Shown here piece after piece: positions 21,024 through 31,163 of a DNA stretch of 64,000 bases. Position 1 is the first letter of the stretch. Every line of letters begins with the position of its first letter. The position numbers were made by a program, and so were the translations under genes. Origin of the DNA: an uncultured Bacilli bacterium. Its GTDB lineage: Bacteria > Bacillota_I > Bacilli_A > RF39 > UBA660. Location: the NCBI GenBank assembly GCA_934090795.1, contig CAKOJQ010000005.1, forward strand, positions 54,391 to 118,390, given 5' to 3'. The notes below the pieces were generated by a model, which was given only the letters and a program-made list of their open reading frames with translations, had not been told where the DNA came from and made no database searches.

Positions 21024-21202
21024 ATATTCACCTCCAATTTATCAAATTACGAAAGATAAAATTTTGAAAAAATGTTAATTTTTCAATAGTTTAGGCTAGT
21101 GTTTAGATAATTCGTACTATACCAGTTAATATTTACTTTGTTTTCGTTATTCATTATCTTCACTTTCTTTCTAAAATTTTTCTTTTACTTAGCGGTAATA
21201 TT

Positions 21203-21736
21203 TCAGTGTATTTTTCTAATCTTACTGTAATATTTATTTATTCGATAATTTAATTCTGCAGATGTTTCACTTCTATCATAATTAGGAGGATAAAACCCTA
21301 GATTTCCATTTAATATATTTAAAGATGGAATAATATGTTCTTCTTGTAGCCCACGATATAAATCTAGAAACACTTGATGATGTTGTAATTCTTTACCAAC
21401 TAATTCATCATCTAGAATAACATATTCTTCTACTTCATGATCTTCAATATACTTTTTTATTTCTAAAGTTCTATTTGCATCAACATATGGAGTTATATCA
21501 TATATTTGTATACCTAATTCATTTAAAAATTTCACATATTTATTATAAAAATTTGATTTATAATAAGCTACTTTATCAGGACATTGTAAACTATATTTAT
21601 TACTTGTAGTAGCGATAATTTTTGCATCAGAAATATCAACTATCTTTTTCAATATCATTGCATTTTCGGTAGATACTCCATCAAATTGATACCAGTTGTT
21701 AATTACACCATCAAAATCTAGAAATATGCATTTCAT
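21203..21736 (-). CDS. HAD-like hydrolase-fold protein
   Basis: The N-terminal MKCIFLDFDGVIN is a DxDG motif. 177 aa. RBS AGAGGTGA. Confidence 0.5.
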   Translation of the reverse strand: MKCIFLDFDGVINNWYQFDGVSTENAMILKKIVDISDAKIIATTSNKYSLQCPDKVAYYKSNFYNKYVKFLNELGIQIYDITPYVDANRTLEIKKYIEDHEVEEYVILDDELVGKELQHHQVFLDLYRGLQEEHIIPSLNILNGNLGFYPPNYDRSETSAELNYRINKYYSKIRKIH

Positions 21737-21804
21737 AAAAAGTCACCTCTTAATTTATTATATCACTTTTTATATATTCTTGTAATTTCTTGTTACTTTT
21801 GATC

Positions 21805-22086
21805 TTATATCAACCATTTTGTGGTACAGTGCAAAATGGTCATCAATATCATATTATACTTTTTTCCATCATCAGTAGTTAACGTGCATTTCTCGGTAAC
21901 TAAATTTTTATCTAATTCATTGTCTTCAAATATATGTTTTAAGTGTAGACTTATATTATACGTAGAACATTCAAAAACTTTTGACATTCCCTTTTGTGAT
22001 AACCATAAAGTTTCATCTTTATAAATAGCATCTACTATAATATTGCCTTCATTATTTTTATATATAATTAATTTATTGTCTTCCAT
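21805..22086 (-). pseudogene. truncated RhuM-family (virulence-associated, Fic/DOC-neighbourhood) gene fragment
   Basis: MEDNKLIIYKNNEGNIIVDAIYKDETLWLSQKGMSKVFECSTYNISLHLKHIFEDNELDKNLV..TTDDGKKYNM matches the N-terminal roughly 90 aa of RhuM-type proteins, which I recall as considerably longer (about 300 aa). The frame breaks where the conserved YNLD..GYRV segment should follow. The rest of the gene is absent. Confidence 0.5.
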
Positions 22087-22377
22087 TAGTGTTCTCCCTT
22101 CCATTAATTTTTCACAGCACAAATTTATATTTGACTTGATTTTATTATAAAATATATTTTTTACATATTCCCAACATAATTTTTCAATTTGGAATTCATA
22201 CAAACTAATTATATCATCATTTCATTTTTCAATAAATGATTAAACTCAATAATTATTTAAATGCTACACTAAAAATTCTATATTTCCAGATTTTGGGTTG
22301 TTAATGTTAACCCCCATAATTTACTTATCTATCTATAAAACAAAACTAAAATTATAATATAAATTTAATAGTAATTT

Positions 22378-22386
22378 TGCTATAAT
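22378..22386 (+). promoter_or_regulatory. extended -10 (TGCTATAAT) for the M16 peptidase pair
   Basis: TGCTATAAT lies 20 nt upstream of the RBS GAGGTGA and the TTG start at 22406. Confidence 0.4.
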
Positions 22387-22405
22387 CAATTTGAGGTGAA
22401 GAAAA

Positions 22406-23656
22406 TTGAAAATTAATATACAAAAAAAGCCATATATATTAAATAATAAAGACTTTAGAACAATCCAAATTCATGTAATGTTTCCCATAAAAATCAAAAA
22501 AGAAACCTTAGCATATATTAATATTCTTCCTAACATGCTACAATTTATGAATAATAAATATCCTTCCGAAGATAAATTCTTACTTGCTAATAAAAAATTA
22601 TATATTTTAAATAGTCATTGTGGATACTCTAGAATTGGATTAAATGGATTCTTTACATTTGATATGATTATACCAGATACTAATTCACTTAAAGAAAATT
22701 TATTAGAAAAACAATTTAGCTTATTTAGTGAAATGATTTATAATCCTTTAATAGAAAATAATTGTTTTACTTCATTTGAACTAGAAAAAGAAAAGAAAAA
22801 TATCCTTTTCGATATTGATAATTCATTAAAAAATATTGGAACATATCAAAATTTAAGACTTAAAGAAATCATTGATGAAGATAATATATTATCATTAAAT
22901 CTTACTAGAAATACTGATTTAATTGAAAAAGTAACACCTAGTAATTTATATAAATATTATAAAAAGATTATTATTGATAATTCCCCTATCATATTTGTAA
23001 TGGGTAATGTTGATGAAAATAAAATAAATAAATTATGTAATAAATATTTATATAAGAATTTTAAAAATAAAGAAATTAACATTAAACTTGATTATTTTAT
23101 GAATACAAGAGATAAAATTTTAGAAGTCACAGAAAATAGTTCTTTTAATAATTCATGTTTATCAATTGTATATAAAGTAAAGGATGCAAATGAATTTGAC
23201 TATATTTATTTAAATTATGTAAGAGATATATTAACATCTATTTCTTTAGGATTACTTAGTAAAACCTTAAGAGAAGATTTAGAAATTGTTTATTCAGTAA
23301 AAGTAAAACCATATTCTCGTTATGGATTATTAGAAATTAAAGCATTTATTAATAAAAATAATATGGAACTTGCCAAAAATAAAATTATAGAAATAGTTGA
23401 TAGTTTAAAAAATCCTGAAGTATTTAAAGATGAATTAAATAATTTAATTGAAAGGCAAAGATTAGATGTTATTGAAAAGAAAGATAATAAATTTATTATT
23501 TTTGATGATTTTATTTCTAGCACTTTAAATTTAGATGACACTCTTGAAGAATACTATGAAAAATATAAAAATATTAGTTCTGAAGATATAAGCAATTTTG
23601 TAAATAGATTAGTATTAGATACAATATATTTTTTGAAGGAGAAAGATCATGAATAA
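22406..23656 (+). CDS. M16 (pitrilysin) family protein, non-catalytic subunit-like
   Basis: 416 aa with overall M16 architecture but no HxxEH motif. Translationally overlapped with the catalytic paralogue downstream. Confidence 0.65.
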   Translation: MKINIQKKPYILNNKDFRTIQIHVMFPIKIKKETLAYINILPNMLQFMNNKYPSEDKFLLANKKLYILNSHCGYSRIGLNGFFTFDMIIPDTNSLKENLLEKQFSLFSEMIYNPLIENNCFTSFELEKEKKNILFDIDNSLKNIGTYQNLRLKEIIDEDNILSLNLTRNTDLIEKVTPSNLYKYYKKIIIDNSPIIFVMGNVDENKINKLCNKYLYKNFKNKEINIKLDYFMNTRDKILEVTENSSFNNSCLSIVYKVKDANEFDYIYLNYVRDILTSISLGLLSKTLREDLEIVYSVKVKPYSRYGLLEIKAFINKNNMELAKNKIIEIVDSLKNPEVFKDELNNLIERQRLDVIEKKDNKFIIFDDFISSTLNLDDTLEEYYEKYKNISSEDISNFVNRLVLDTIYFLKEKDHE

Positions 23657-24887
23657 TATAGAAACAGTTACTTTAGATAATGGTTTAAGAATATTTTTAT
23701 ATAAAGATGAAAGAAGACATAAGACATTTTTTACTTATATAACTTTAGGTGGAGGCCAAAGAAAAAACTTTATTCTTGATGGAACTAAATATCATTTAAA
23801 TGATGGTCTTGCACACATATTAGAACATTATATAGTTGAATGTAATAATAATGGGAATTTTATAAAAAAATTAGGTAAAATGCAGATGGATACGAATGCA
23901 GAAACTAGTGACTTATATACTGAATATTACTTTCAAGCAGTCGAAAATATTGATATTGGAATCAAAACAATCCTTGATGCTGTTAATAATGTTAAGTTTA
24001 ATGAAGAAAACCTTAATAAATTAAAAAAACCTATTATTCAAGAAATAAGAAATAGAATGGATAATAAATTTTATCATTTAAATAAAATGGTTATGAATGA
24101 TGTATTTGGTGAAGAAAATTATATTGATGTTGGTGGAGATATTAAAGATATAGAAAATGCTACTATAGATGAAGTTGAGGCTCTTTACAATGCTTGTTAT
24201 AAACCAGATAATCAAATTATAGTAATTGCTGGTAATTTTAATAAAGAAAATGTTATTAATATCATAAAAGACTATTTTATGAATCTAAAAAGGGAAAAAC
24301 ATCATGTTGAAATAATTAAAAACAATTATGTAGATTCTGTATTAAAGAAAAAAGATATATTAAATTTCCCTACTCCTAAAGAATATAGGGAAATTGCTTT
24401 TAAAATTAATTGTAGTAAATTTACAAATAAAGAAATATTAGATCTTGAATCATATACATTATGTTTTTTTAGTACATTTTTTGGAGTAACTTCAACGCTC
24501 TATAAAGAATTAATTAAGAAAAAAATCATCACTGATATAATGAATTGTGATATGAGAAAAGTAGATAATTACTTTCTTATAACTATTGGTAACTACACAA
24601 CAAATGGAGATATTTTATCTAAAAAAATTATTAACACTATTAAATCTATGAATAAATTTAATACTACAATATTTAATTTAAAAAAGAAAGAATTTATATT
24701 AAAACTAATATTAAGAGATGAAAATATATTTAAAATGATTAATCCATTTATTACTAATGTAATTATTTATGATTATCCATATATTGATACAGTAGAAGAT
24801 ATTTACAATTTAACATATGAGAAATATGTTGATACAATTAAAAGTCTTGATTTTAGTAATTATACTGATATAAGTATCATAAATTAA
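23649..24887 (+). CDS. M16 family zinc peptidase
   Basis: LAHILEHYIVE carries the inverted zincin HxxEH motif. 412 aa. Confidence 0.75.
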   Translation: MNNIETVTLDNGLRIFLYKDERRHKTFFTYITLGGGQRKNFILDGTKYHLNDGLAHILEHYIVECNNNGNFIKKLGKMQMDTNAETSDLYTEYYFQAVENIDIGIKTILDAVNNVKFNEENLNKLKKPIIQEIRNRMDNKFYHLNKMVMNDVFGEENYIDVGGDIKDIENATIDEVEALYNACYKPDNQIIVIAGNFNKENVINIIKDYFMNLKREKHHVEIIKNNYVDSVLKKKDILNFPTPKEYREIAFKINCSKFTNKEILDLESYTLCFFSTFFGVTSTLYKELIKKKIITDIMNCDMRKVDNYFLITIGNYTTNGDILSKKIINTIKSMNKFNTTIFNLKKKEFILKLILRDENIFKMINPFITNVIIYDYPYIDTVEDIYNLTYEKYVDTIKSLDFSNYTDISIIN

Positions 24888-24889
24888 TA

Positions 24890-24918
24890 AAGAAGATCCA
24901 AAAAGTTCTTCTTTTAAT
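24890..24918 (+). terminator. terminator after the M16 pair
   Basis: AAGAAGA-tccaaaaagt-TCTTCTT followed by TTAAT. Begins 3 nt after the stop. Confidence 0.45.
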
Positions 24919-24944
24919 ATGCATTTTCCTTGTTGTTTTAACTA

Positions 24945-25343
24945 TTATAAACACTTATTTAATTCTTTTTCTAATTTAAGTAATAATTTTTTATCTTTAT
25001 CTCTATTTAAAAGTTTTTTAACATTGTAGCAATCTCTTAAAGAAGCAACTTTATAACCATTTATATATACATAATTTTTTGGACAAAAATCAAAGCTAAA
25101 ATTTATTACATCATCTATCATAAAAGCCTTATTTCCAAATTCATTTATTCTATCAAATTCACAATTAAAATTACTTAATAGATATAATAGATATTCGTAA
25201 TAATCTTTTGAAACCCAAATATCAATATCACGAGTTTGATTACTAAAATTTTGTAAAACTAAAGCAGCTCCAGTTATAATAATAAATTTATCTTTATCTA
25301 AATTATAATTATTTAATGTTTCAATAATATCATTTTTTATCAT
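24945..25343 (-). CDS. hypothetical, possible nucleotidyltransferase-fold protein
   Basis: 132 aa. ITGAALVLQNFSNQTRDIDIWV resembles the G-x-A ... DxD segment of small NTases. Weak assignment. Confidence 0.3.
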   Translation of the reverse strand: MIKNDIIETLNNYNLDKDKFIIITGAALVLQNFSNQTRDIDIWVSKDYYEYLLYLLSNFNCEFDRINEFGNKAFMIDDVINFSFDFCPKNYVYINGYKVASLRDCYNVKKLLNRDKDKKLLLKLEKELNKCL

Positions 25344-25517
25344 GTTTTACCTCTATTCTTATATATAAATAAAATTAATCAGTTCAAAATAAATTCTATC
25401 AAATCTAGATTGAAAACTCAAATATACAATTATCGTCTTTCTAATATTTCCAATAAAACAAAAAGACTTTATGGATAAAATATGGTACAATTTTTTTGGT
25501 GATAATATGAATTATGA

Positions 25518-25784
25518 TACTATAAAATCTACTCTAATAGATTTATTAATTTATATAATTTACAAATTAATGCCTTTAAGAAAAAATTATATAATTGTAA
25601 CAATAAAGATTTAAATATATTTATGATTGCTGGAGAAAACAATCCTGTTATTGGTAATATTAATCTTTTTAATGATTTAAAAAAGTTATTATTAAATATA
25701 GGCTATAAAAATATCGAAAGCAAATTGTATAAAGATTTAAGACATGAAATTCTTAATGAAGAAAATAATATAATAATTTGTTAA
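25518..25784 (+). pseudogene. C-terminal remnant of an alpha/beta hydrolase (lysophospholipase-like)
   Basis: Not in the ORF track. The open frame after the TGA at 25515 reads ..NIFMIAGENNPVIGNINLFNDLKKLLLNIGYKNIESKLYKDLRHEILNEENNIIIC*. This matches the usual C-terminal strand, His loop and tail (HEILNE) of such hydrolases. The N-terminal two thirds are missing. Confidence 0.4.
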
Positions 25785-25899
25785 AATATATTGAATTTCA
25801 TTCAAAAATAAAAGAATAGTATTAAAATAGTTTTTCTTTTAAAATATAAATTAAATCAACTATATTCATATTTTATTTTTATTAAATAATCTTATATTT

Positions 25900-25933
25900 A
25901 ACAACTTGTTGGGTGCTAACAAGTTGTTTTTGT
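25900..25933 (+). terminator. strong rho-independent terminator (now orphaned)
   Basis: Perfect 11-bp stem AACAACTTGTT-gggtgct-AACAAGTTGTT followed by TTTGT. Confidence 0.6.
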
Positions 25934-25957
25934 ATAGTAAACAAACAGTTTTTTCTC

Positions 25958-26227
25958 CTATTTCGTATTACTTTTTCTATAATAAATTGTTAACACTAAA
26001 ATAAGTACACAAAATGAAAATTCTAGCGTAGTTTCAAATCTTAACATAAATTCTTTTGAGCATAAAAAGGCATAAAGTAAATACGAAAAACTGCTTACTA
26101 CCCACACCACCCATGAAACAATACTTAAATCTTCTGATTTTTTGGTTTTTAATAGTTTCATTATTTGTGGTAAATAAGATATAAATGTACAAAATGATAC
26201 TATACCTAATAAAATATCTCCACCCAT
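25958..26227 (-). CDS. SemiSWEET / PQ-loop small sugar transporter
   Basis: 89 aa, three helices, PQ motif ISYLPQIMKLLKTKKSEDLS. Confidence 0.65.
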   Translation of the reverse strand: MGGDILLGIVSFCTFISYLPQIMKLLKTKKSEDLSIVSWVVWVVSSFSYLLYAFLCSKEFMLRFETTLEFSFCVLILVLTIYYRKSNTK

Positions 26228-26297
26228 TGTTATACCTCTTTTCTTAATTTATTTCTAATTTTTATTTCAATTTAAGTAATAGTTCTATGTTTTATTT

Positions 26298-26804
26298 TCA
26301 TATAAAGTTTATTACATCGGCCGATACTATTGCTTTAATTCCGGCATTATTTAACATATCTACGTTTTCTACTAGATCATCAACAAATAATATTTCATCT
26401 AAACCACATTTATTAATTTTACTAATTATTTTAGTTGCACTTAACTTAAATTGTTGATTTCCAACTGCAAAAATTTCGATGTCATTACCATATTTTTTAT
26501 GAACAAAATTTTCTTTTGCTTTTATATGAAAAGAAAATTTTGTACCTGTTAAGCAATAAAGTTTTACCCTATTCTTTCTTAAAATATTAATAAGAGTTAA
26601 AATATCATTTGATATATTACATTCTTCAATAGACTCATAAAATGAATTTTGATTAAGATAAGCATTTAAATAATAATCTAAAAATTTATCTTCACTACTT
26701 CTACGTTTTTTTAAATAATTTTGATCTTTATGAATTGCAAGTGTATTATCAAAATCAAAAATTGCAACTTTGATTTTACTTAAATTTAATTTACTTATTT
26801 CCAT
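26298..26804 (-). CDS. HAD-superfamily hydrolase
   Basis: VAIFDFDNTLA (DxDxT) and FVDDLVEN motifs. 168 aa. Confidence 0.6.
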   Translation of the reverse strand: MEISKLNLSKIKVAIFDFDNTLAIHKDQNYLKKRRSSEDKFLDYYLNAYLNQNSFYESIEECNISNDILTLINILRKNRVKLYCLTGTKFSFHIKAKENFVHKKYGNDIEIFAVGNQQFKLSATKIISKINKCGLDEILFVDDLVENVDMLNNAGIKAIVSADVINFI

Positions 26805-26837
26805 TTATGCCTCATTTCATTATTAATTAATATGACT

Positions 26838-27461
26838 TTAAAATTTAGTTTCAACATAATACCAATTATTTTCTATTTCTTTAAGATAGACAATATCATA
26901 AAAATAATTATCATCTGCTATCGTTTTAATTCCATCAGATGAATACACTAACATACTTGATCCGTCGCCAATCATTAAACCCTTATAGAACCAAAAACAC
27001 ACAGTAAATTCATCATTAATTTTATTAACTTTTATATTTTTAGTTATTGATAATTTTTTATATTTTTCATCTAATTCTACATAACCATCAGTATTTATAT
27101 TTTCTAATTGGCCCGATTCAATTTTATTAATTACCTCAGTATATTTATTATAATTGTTTTTAAAATCAAATTTTGCTTTTTCTTCATCAAAAGGAAAGAA
27201 AACATATAAGATTGAAAAAAATAACAATAATACAAAAGTCATAACATATACATTATTTCTAGTTTTAATAAATTCATTTAAACTATTTACTAATAAAAAT
27301 AAAGTACCTAAATAAGAAAATATAATTATTACACAAAATATGAGTGGGCCTAAGACAAAACTCAAAGAAAAATAGTTAGAATACCATCTACAAAGAAATA
27401 ATATTAATATAAGAAATATTCCAATAATTAATGGTTTATATTTGATAAATAATTTATTCAT
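26838..27461 (-). CDS. hypothetical membrane protein
   Basis: 207 aa. Three N-terminal hydrophobic helices followed by a soluble domain. No family recognised. Confidence 0.5.
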   Translation of the reverse strand: MNKLFIKYKPLIIGIFLILILFLCRWYSNYFSLSFVLGPLIFCVIIIFSYLGTLFLLVNSLNEFIKTRNNVYVMTFVLLLFFSILYVFFPFDEEKAKFDFKNNYNKYTEVINKIESGQLENINTDGYVELDEKYKKLSITKNIKVNKINDEFTVCFWFYKGLMIGDGSSMLVYSSDGIKTIADDNYFYDIVYLKEIENNWYYVETKF

Positions 27462-27852
27462 TAGTTTTGCGTCTCCTTATAGCCTTTATATGCATTCTAT
27501 CACAATAATTTTTATAATACACGGGTAACTCAATTTCCAATATATTCATTAAATTATTATAAAGTTTATTATACAATTTACCATTTGATAAATTCCATAC
27601 AGTGCCAAGTTTAAGATTACCTTCTAAATTATATTTATCTTTTATAATATCCCAATATATATCAGAATATTTATTTTTAATATTATCACTAATTCTATTT
27701 AGTTTATTTTCTACATCGTTAACCAAATCACATAAAATGTTCATTTCGTAACCATTATAGAAATAAGAATCATCTCTACCATTTGTCATAATTTTAAGTT
27801 CATTTAAATCAGATATTATTTTTTCAATATTAATTATATCGCTTTTTTTCAT
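27454..27852 (-). CDS. hypothetical protein
   Basis: Start moved to the ATG at 27852 (MKKSDIIN..), which is preceded by AAGGAG. The longer track ORF would run deep into the ATPase gene. Confidence 0.45.
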   Translation of the reverse strand: MKKSDIINIEKIISDLNELKIMTNGRDDSYFYNGYEMNILCDLVNDVENKLNRISDNIKNKYSDIYWDIIKDKYNLEGNLKLGTVWNLSNGKLYNKLYNNLMNILEIELPVYYKNYCDRMHIKAIRRRKTNE

Positions 27853-30160
27853 AAAATAACTCCTTAACATTATTAAACAATAATAAAGTTTCTCTTGCAA
27901 CAAAAACTTCAAGTAGAGCAAATACAATAACTAAAATGGCAGCTTTTAAAGATATTAATTTAATACTAAAAAATTCTGGTATCATATTTATAGTAATAAT
28001 CATTCCTAATATGCATCCAATAAAGACTATCGTTCTATACTTATTTAGTGGTTTAGCACATTTATATAAAATTATAAATCCACCAGTAAAAAATAAGTAA
28101 CTACACGCCGTTGTTAAATCATTAGAATTAATATCAAATATAACTGAACATTTAACCATACAAACAATTGCTAAAAAAGAAATAATTGCGGATGGTAAAG
28201 ATTTTAAAAATATGTTTTTCCAAAATTCATCATTTTGTTGTTTCTTTTGATTTTCTTCAAAGGTTAAGAAAAATGCTGGTATTCCAATAGTAAATGCACT
28301 TCCAAGTGATACTTGATTAGGTTCTAAAGGGTAAGCGATTGTAAAAATTATTGCATAAATTGAAAGTAATAACGAAAATATATTTTTATAAGTAAATAGT
28401 GATGCTGATCTAGTTATATTATTTATATTTTTTCTTCCCTCATAAACAATATTTCTCATATTTCCAAAATCGGAATCTAAAAGAACAACTTGAGCTGCTT
28501 CCCTTGCTGCATCAGATCCATTTCCCATAGCTATAGAACAATTAGCCTCTTTCATAGCTAATATATCATTTACTCCATCCCCAGTCATGGCAACTTTTAA
28601 TCCATTTTCTTTTATTAATTTAATTATTTCTCTTTTTTGCTCAGGACTTACTCTACCAAATATTTTATATTTATCAACTGCATTTTTTAGTTCATCTCTA
28701 GTTTTTAATAAACTACAATCAACAAACAAATCATAATTCTTAATTCCAACTTCTTTAGCAATAGAAGAAACTGTTACAGGATTATCTCCTGAAATAACTC
28801 TTATTTCAACTTCTCTATCATTAAAGAATTTAATAATTTCTTTAGCGTTCTTTCTAATCTCATTTTTTAAACTTATAAATAATATTGGTGTGCACTCATT
28901 ATTTTCTTCTTTTACAAATACTATAATTCTCTCACCATTAATTGTTCTTTTATTAATTAAATGATTGTATTCTTTATTAAGAAGAACATCAGGTGCACCT
29001 AACTTATAGGTAATATTTTCACTAGTTTTAATATATGAATATTTGTTTTTTGAATTAAAATTTTCATATTTAAGCATATTCAATTTTTTAGATTTAATAT
29101 TTTTTAAACATTCTCTTAAAGCATTTATGGTTGCATTATTATCATTTATTGAATTAACGTAATTAGCAAGTTCCAATAGTTTTTTATCTTTTTCCTTATC
29201 TAAATAACTTATTTCATTATCATCAAAAATATCCATGACATCCATCTCATTAGTTGTAATTGTACCAGTTTTATCAATACACAAAACATCGGTTCTAGCT
29301 AAACTTTCAATACTTTTCATATCATGAAGTAAGACTTTTTTCTTAGCAAGTCTCATAGCACTAAGTGCTAGTGCAACAGTTGTTAATAAATATAGTCCTT
29401 CAGGAATCATACCTATTAATGCTGACACCATTCTAATTACACTTTCACTATAACTAAATTTATTAATAAAATATGATTGTCCAAATAAAAGTAAACCAAT
29501 TGGAAAAATAACAATTCCAGCAACTAAAACAATTCTATCAATAGCTTTAATCATTTCCGTTTTATTTTCTTTAATCTTTTTAGATTCTTTCATTATTTTC
29601 GAAGAATATGACTCATCACCAACATTTGTTAATTTAACTATAGCGCTACCAGATACAACAAAACTACCAGATAATAAGTTTGAATTAACTATTTTTTCTC
29701 TTTCATCTTGTTCGCCAGTTAATAAAGATTCATTAACAAAAAGTTTACCATCGACAAGTACTCCATCTGCTGGAACTTGGTTTCCACTAGATAAATTTAC
29801 ATAGTCTCCTTCAACCAATTCATCAGAATAAACCACTACTTCTTTATTATCTCTAATAACACTATACTTACATTTATCTAAAAGAGATAATTCATCTAAT
29901 ACTTTCTTAGATCTAATTTGCTGAAAAATACCTATTAATACATTTATTGTTACTACAATTAAAAAGGTTAAATTTCGGTATGCTCCAGCAAAAACTACTA
30001 AAATAGCAAGTATCATAAAAATTACATTAAAATAAGTAAAAATATTCTTCTTAATAATAGTCGATATACTTTCACTTGTCTTAAAATTTATCTTGTTAAC
30101 TTTACCAAGTACAATTTTTTCTTCAACTTCTCTATTTGTTAATCCACTTACTTTTTTCAT
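27830..30160 (-). CDS. cation-transporting P-type ATPase
   Basis: CIDKTGTITTN phosphorylation site, MIPEGLYLL and MTGDGVNDILAMKEANCSIAMG hinge. 776 aa with N- and C-terminal helices. Confidence 0.88.
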   Translation of the reverse strand: MKKVSGLTNREVEEKIVLGKVNKINFKTSESISTIIKKNIFTYFNVIFMILAILVVFAGAYRNLTFLIVVTINVLIGIFQQIRSKKVLDELSLLDKCKYSVIRDNKEVVVYSDELVEGDYVNLSSGNQVPADGVLVDGKLFVNESLLTGEQDEREKIVNSNLLSGSFVVSGSAIVKLTNVGDESYSSKIMKESKKIKENKTEMIKAIDRIVLVAGIVIFPIGLLLFGQSYFINKFSYSESVIRMVSALIGMIPEGLYLLTTVALALSAMRLAKKKVLLHDMKSIESLARTDVLCIDKTGTITTNEMDVMDIFDDNEISYLDKEKDKKLLELANYVNSINDNNATINALRECLKNIKSKKLNMLKYENFNSKNKYSYIKTSENITYKLGAPDVLLNKEYNHLINKRTINGERIIVFVKEENNECTPILFISLKNEIRKNAKEIIKFFNDREVEIRVISGDNPVTVSSIAKEVGIKNYDLFVDCSLLKTRDELKNAVDKYKIFGRVSPEQKREIIKLIKENGLKVAMTGDGVNDILAMKEANCSIAMGNGSDAAREAAQVVLLDSDFGNMRNIVYEGRKNINNITRSASLFTYKNIFSLLLSIYAIIFTIAYPLEPNQVSLGSAFTIGIPAFFLTFEENQKKQQNDEFWKNIFLKSLPSAIISFLAIVCMVKCSVIFDINSNDLTTACSYLFFTGGFIILYKCAKPLNKYRTIVFIGCILGMIITINMIPEFFSIKLISLKAAILVIVFALLEVFVARETLLLFNNVKELFYEKKRYN

Positions 30161-30194
30161 ATATTAAACAACTCTCTTTACAATTATCAATATA

Positions 30195-30233
30195 ATTGTA
30201 TCAAATTTTCATCAAAAAGTATTTATATTAATC
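30195..30233. repeat. 39-nt conserved upstream element, copy A
   Basis: ATTGTATCAAATTTTCATCAAAAAGTATTTATATTAATC matches 31900-31938 at 37/39 positions. It begins exactly 35 nt upstream of the ATPase ATG. Confidence 0.75.
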
Positions 30234-30368
30234 CTGAATTTTTATTTTAAAACAAATATATTCTTACTTTTCATTTTTGCATTTCTTTAACTTTAGAGCC
30301 TAAATTCATACATAAATTTTTATTGTCAACAATAATCAAATCTTCAATATTTAGATCAAAAAATTTAA

Positions 30369-30959
30369 TCATTTTACTAATTTTTCAACAGAAACATTTC
30401 CAAGTCTCTTTAATTGAAACATGTTTATAAGGTTGTCATAGTAAGGAACAACAGATTCCTTAGAACTATTTATAGACACAGTCTTCATTAATTCTTTTAA
30501 CTCATCTAACTTTTTTATTTTTTCATCAATATTTTGTTCTTTAATTGACTTTAATTCTAGAATACATGCATCAACTTCAGCTTGAAGAATATTATCATTA
30601 ATGCCTCGTTTTAAGTATACATCAACTATTTTTGAATAATCATCTTTAAGCAAAGAATTAATAATATGCACCAAATATGGTGGGTCAGCACGATTATATG
30701 AATATAAATGTTCATAGCCAAAATTGCCAGGATACTCACCAGCTATATAGTCACCTGTAAGAACAGATATTACATCTCTTATTTCCCAACTCTTATCTAG
30801 ATATTCTGGCAAATGTGTCCCAACAAATTCTTCAGGTCGAAATATACTACAAGCACATTGCACTTTTAACTTTAATTTTTTTAATTCTTCCTCATCAAAT
30901 CTGCATTCATATTTAATTATTTCTTCGTCATTTTTTAAATACCAATTAAACTTTTTCAT
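30369..30959 (-). CDS. hypothetical protein
   Basis: 196-aa ORF with RBS AAGGAGA. No family recognised. Confidence 0.5.
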   Translation of the reverse strand: MKKFNWYLKNDEEIIKYECRFDEEELKKLKLKVQCACSIFRPEEFVGTHLPEYLDKSWEIRDVISVLTGDYIAGEYPGNFGYEHLYSYNRADPPYLVHIINSLLKDDYSKIVDVYLKRGINDNILQAEVDACILELKSIKEQNIDEKIKKLDELKELMKTVSINSSKESVVPYYDNLINMFQLKRLGNVSVEKLVK

Positions 30960-31163
30960 ATTTATTATCTCCTTAAGTTTAATATTATCATAATTACTAA
31001 AGACTTATACTCTATTTTTTGTAGAGTAACAAAATTTGTAAAAGAAAAATCAAAAGTACAATTTTTTATTTTACTTTTATGTTAATTTTACTATATATTT
31101 ATTTTTGATTATTTTTATATTTTTTATTATTTTAACATTTTGCTTAATTAATAATATTTATTA

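Noticed and set aside
21064-21086. Palindrome TTGAAAAA-atgttaa-TTTTTCAA upstream of the KilA-N gene as a possible operator
   Set aside because: An all-A/T 8-bp stem is expected by chance in this DNA. No second copy was seen.
21821-22024. 67-aa plus-strand ORF
   Set aside because: Antisense to the RhuM-like fragment. No RBS.
22295-22313. Hairpin GGGTT-gttaatgtt-AACCC between the RhuM fragment and the M16 genes as a possible terminator
   Set aside because: Only 5 bp, and no adjacent T-run on either strand.
23320-23541. 73-aa minus-strand ORF
   Set aside because: Antisense within the first M16 gene.
27454-27852. Possible HepT/DUF86 (HEPN) toxin, based on the segment KYSDIYWDIIKD
   Set aside because: The diagnostic RNxxxH motif is absent and no MNT-type partner is adjacent. 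The similarity is too weak to call.
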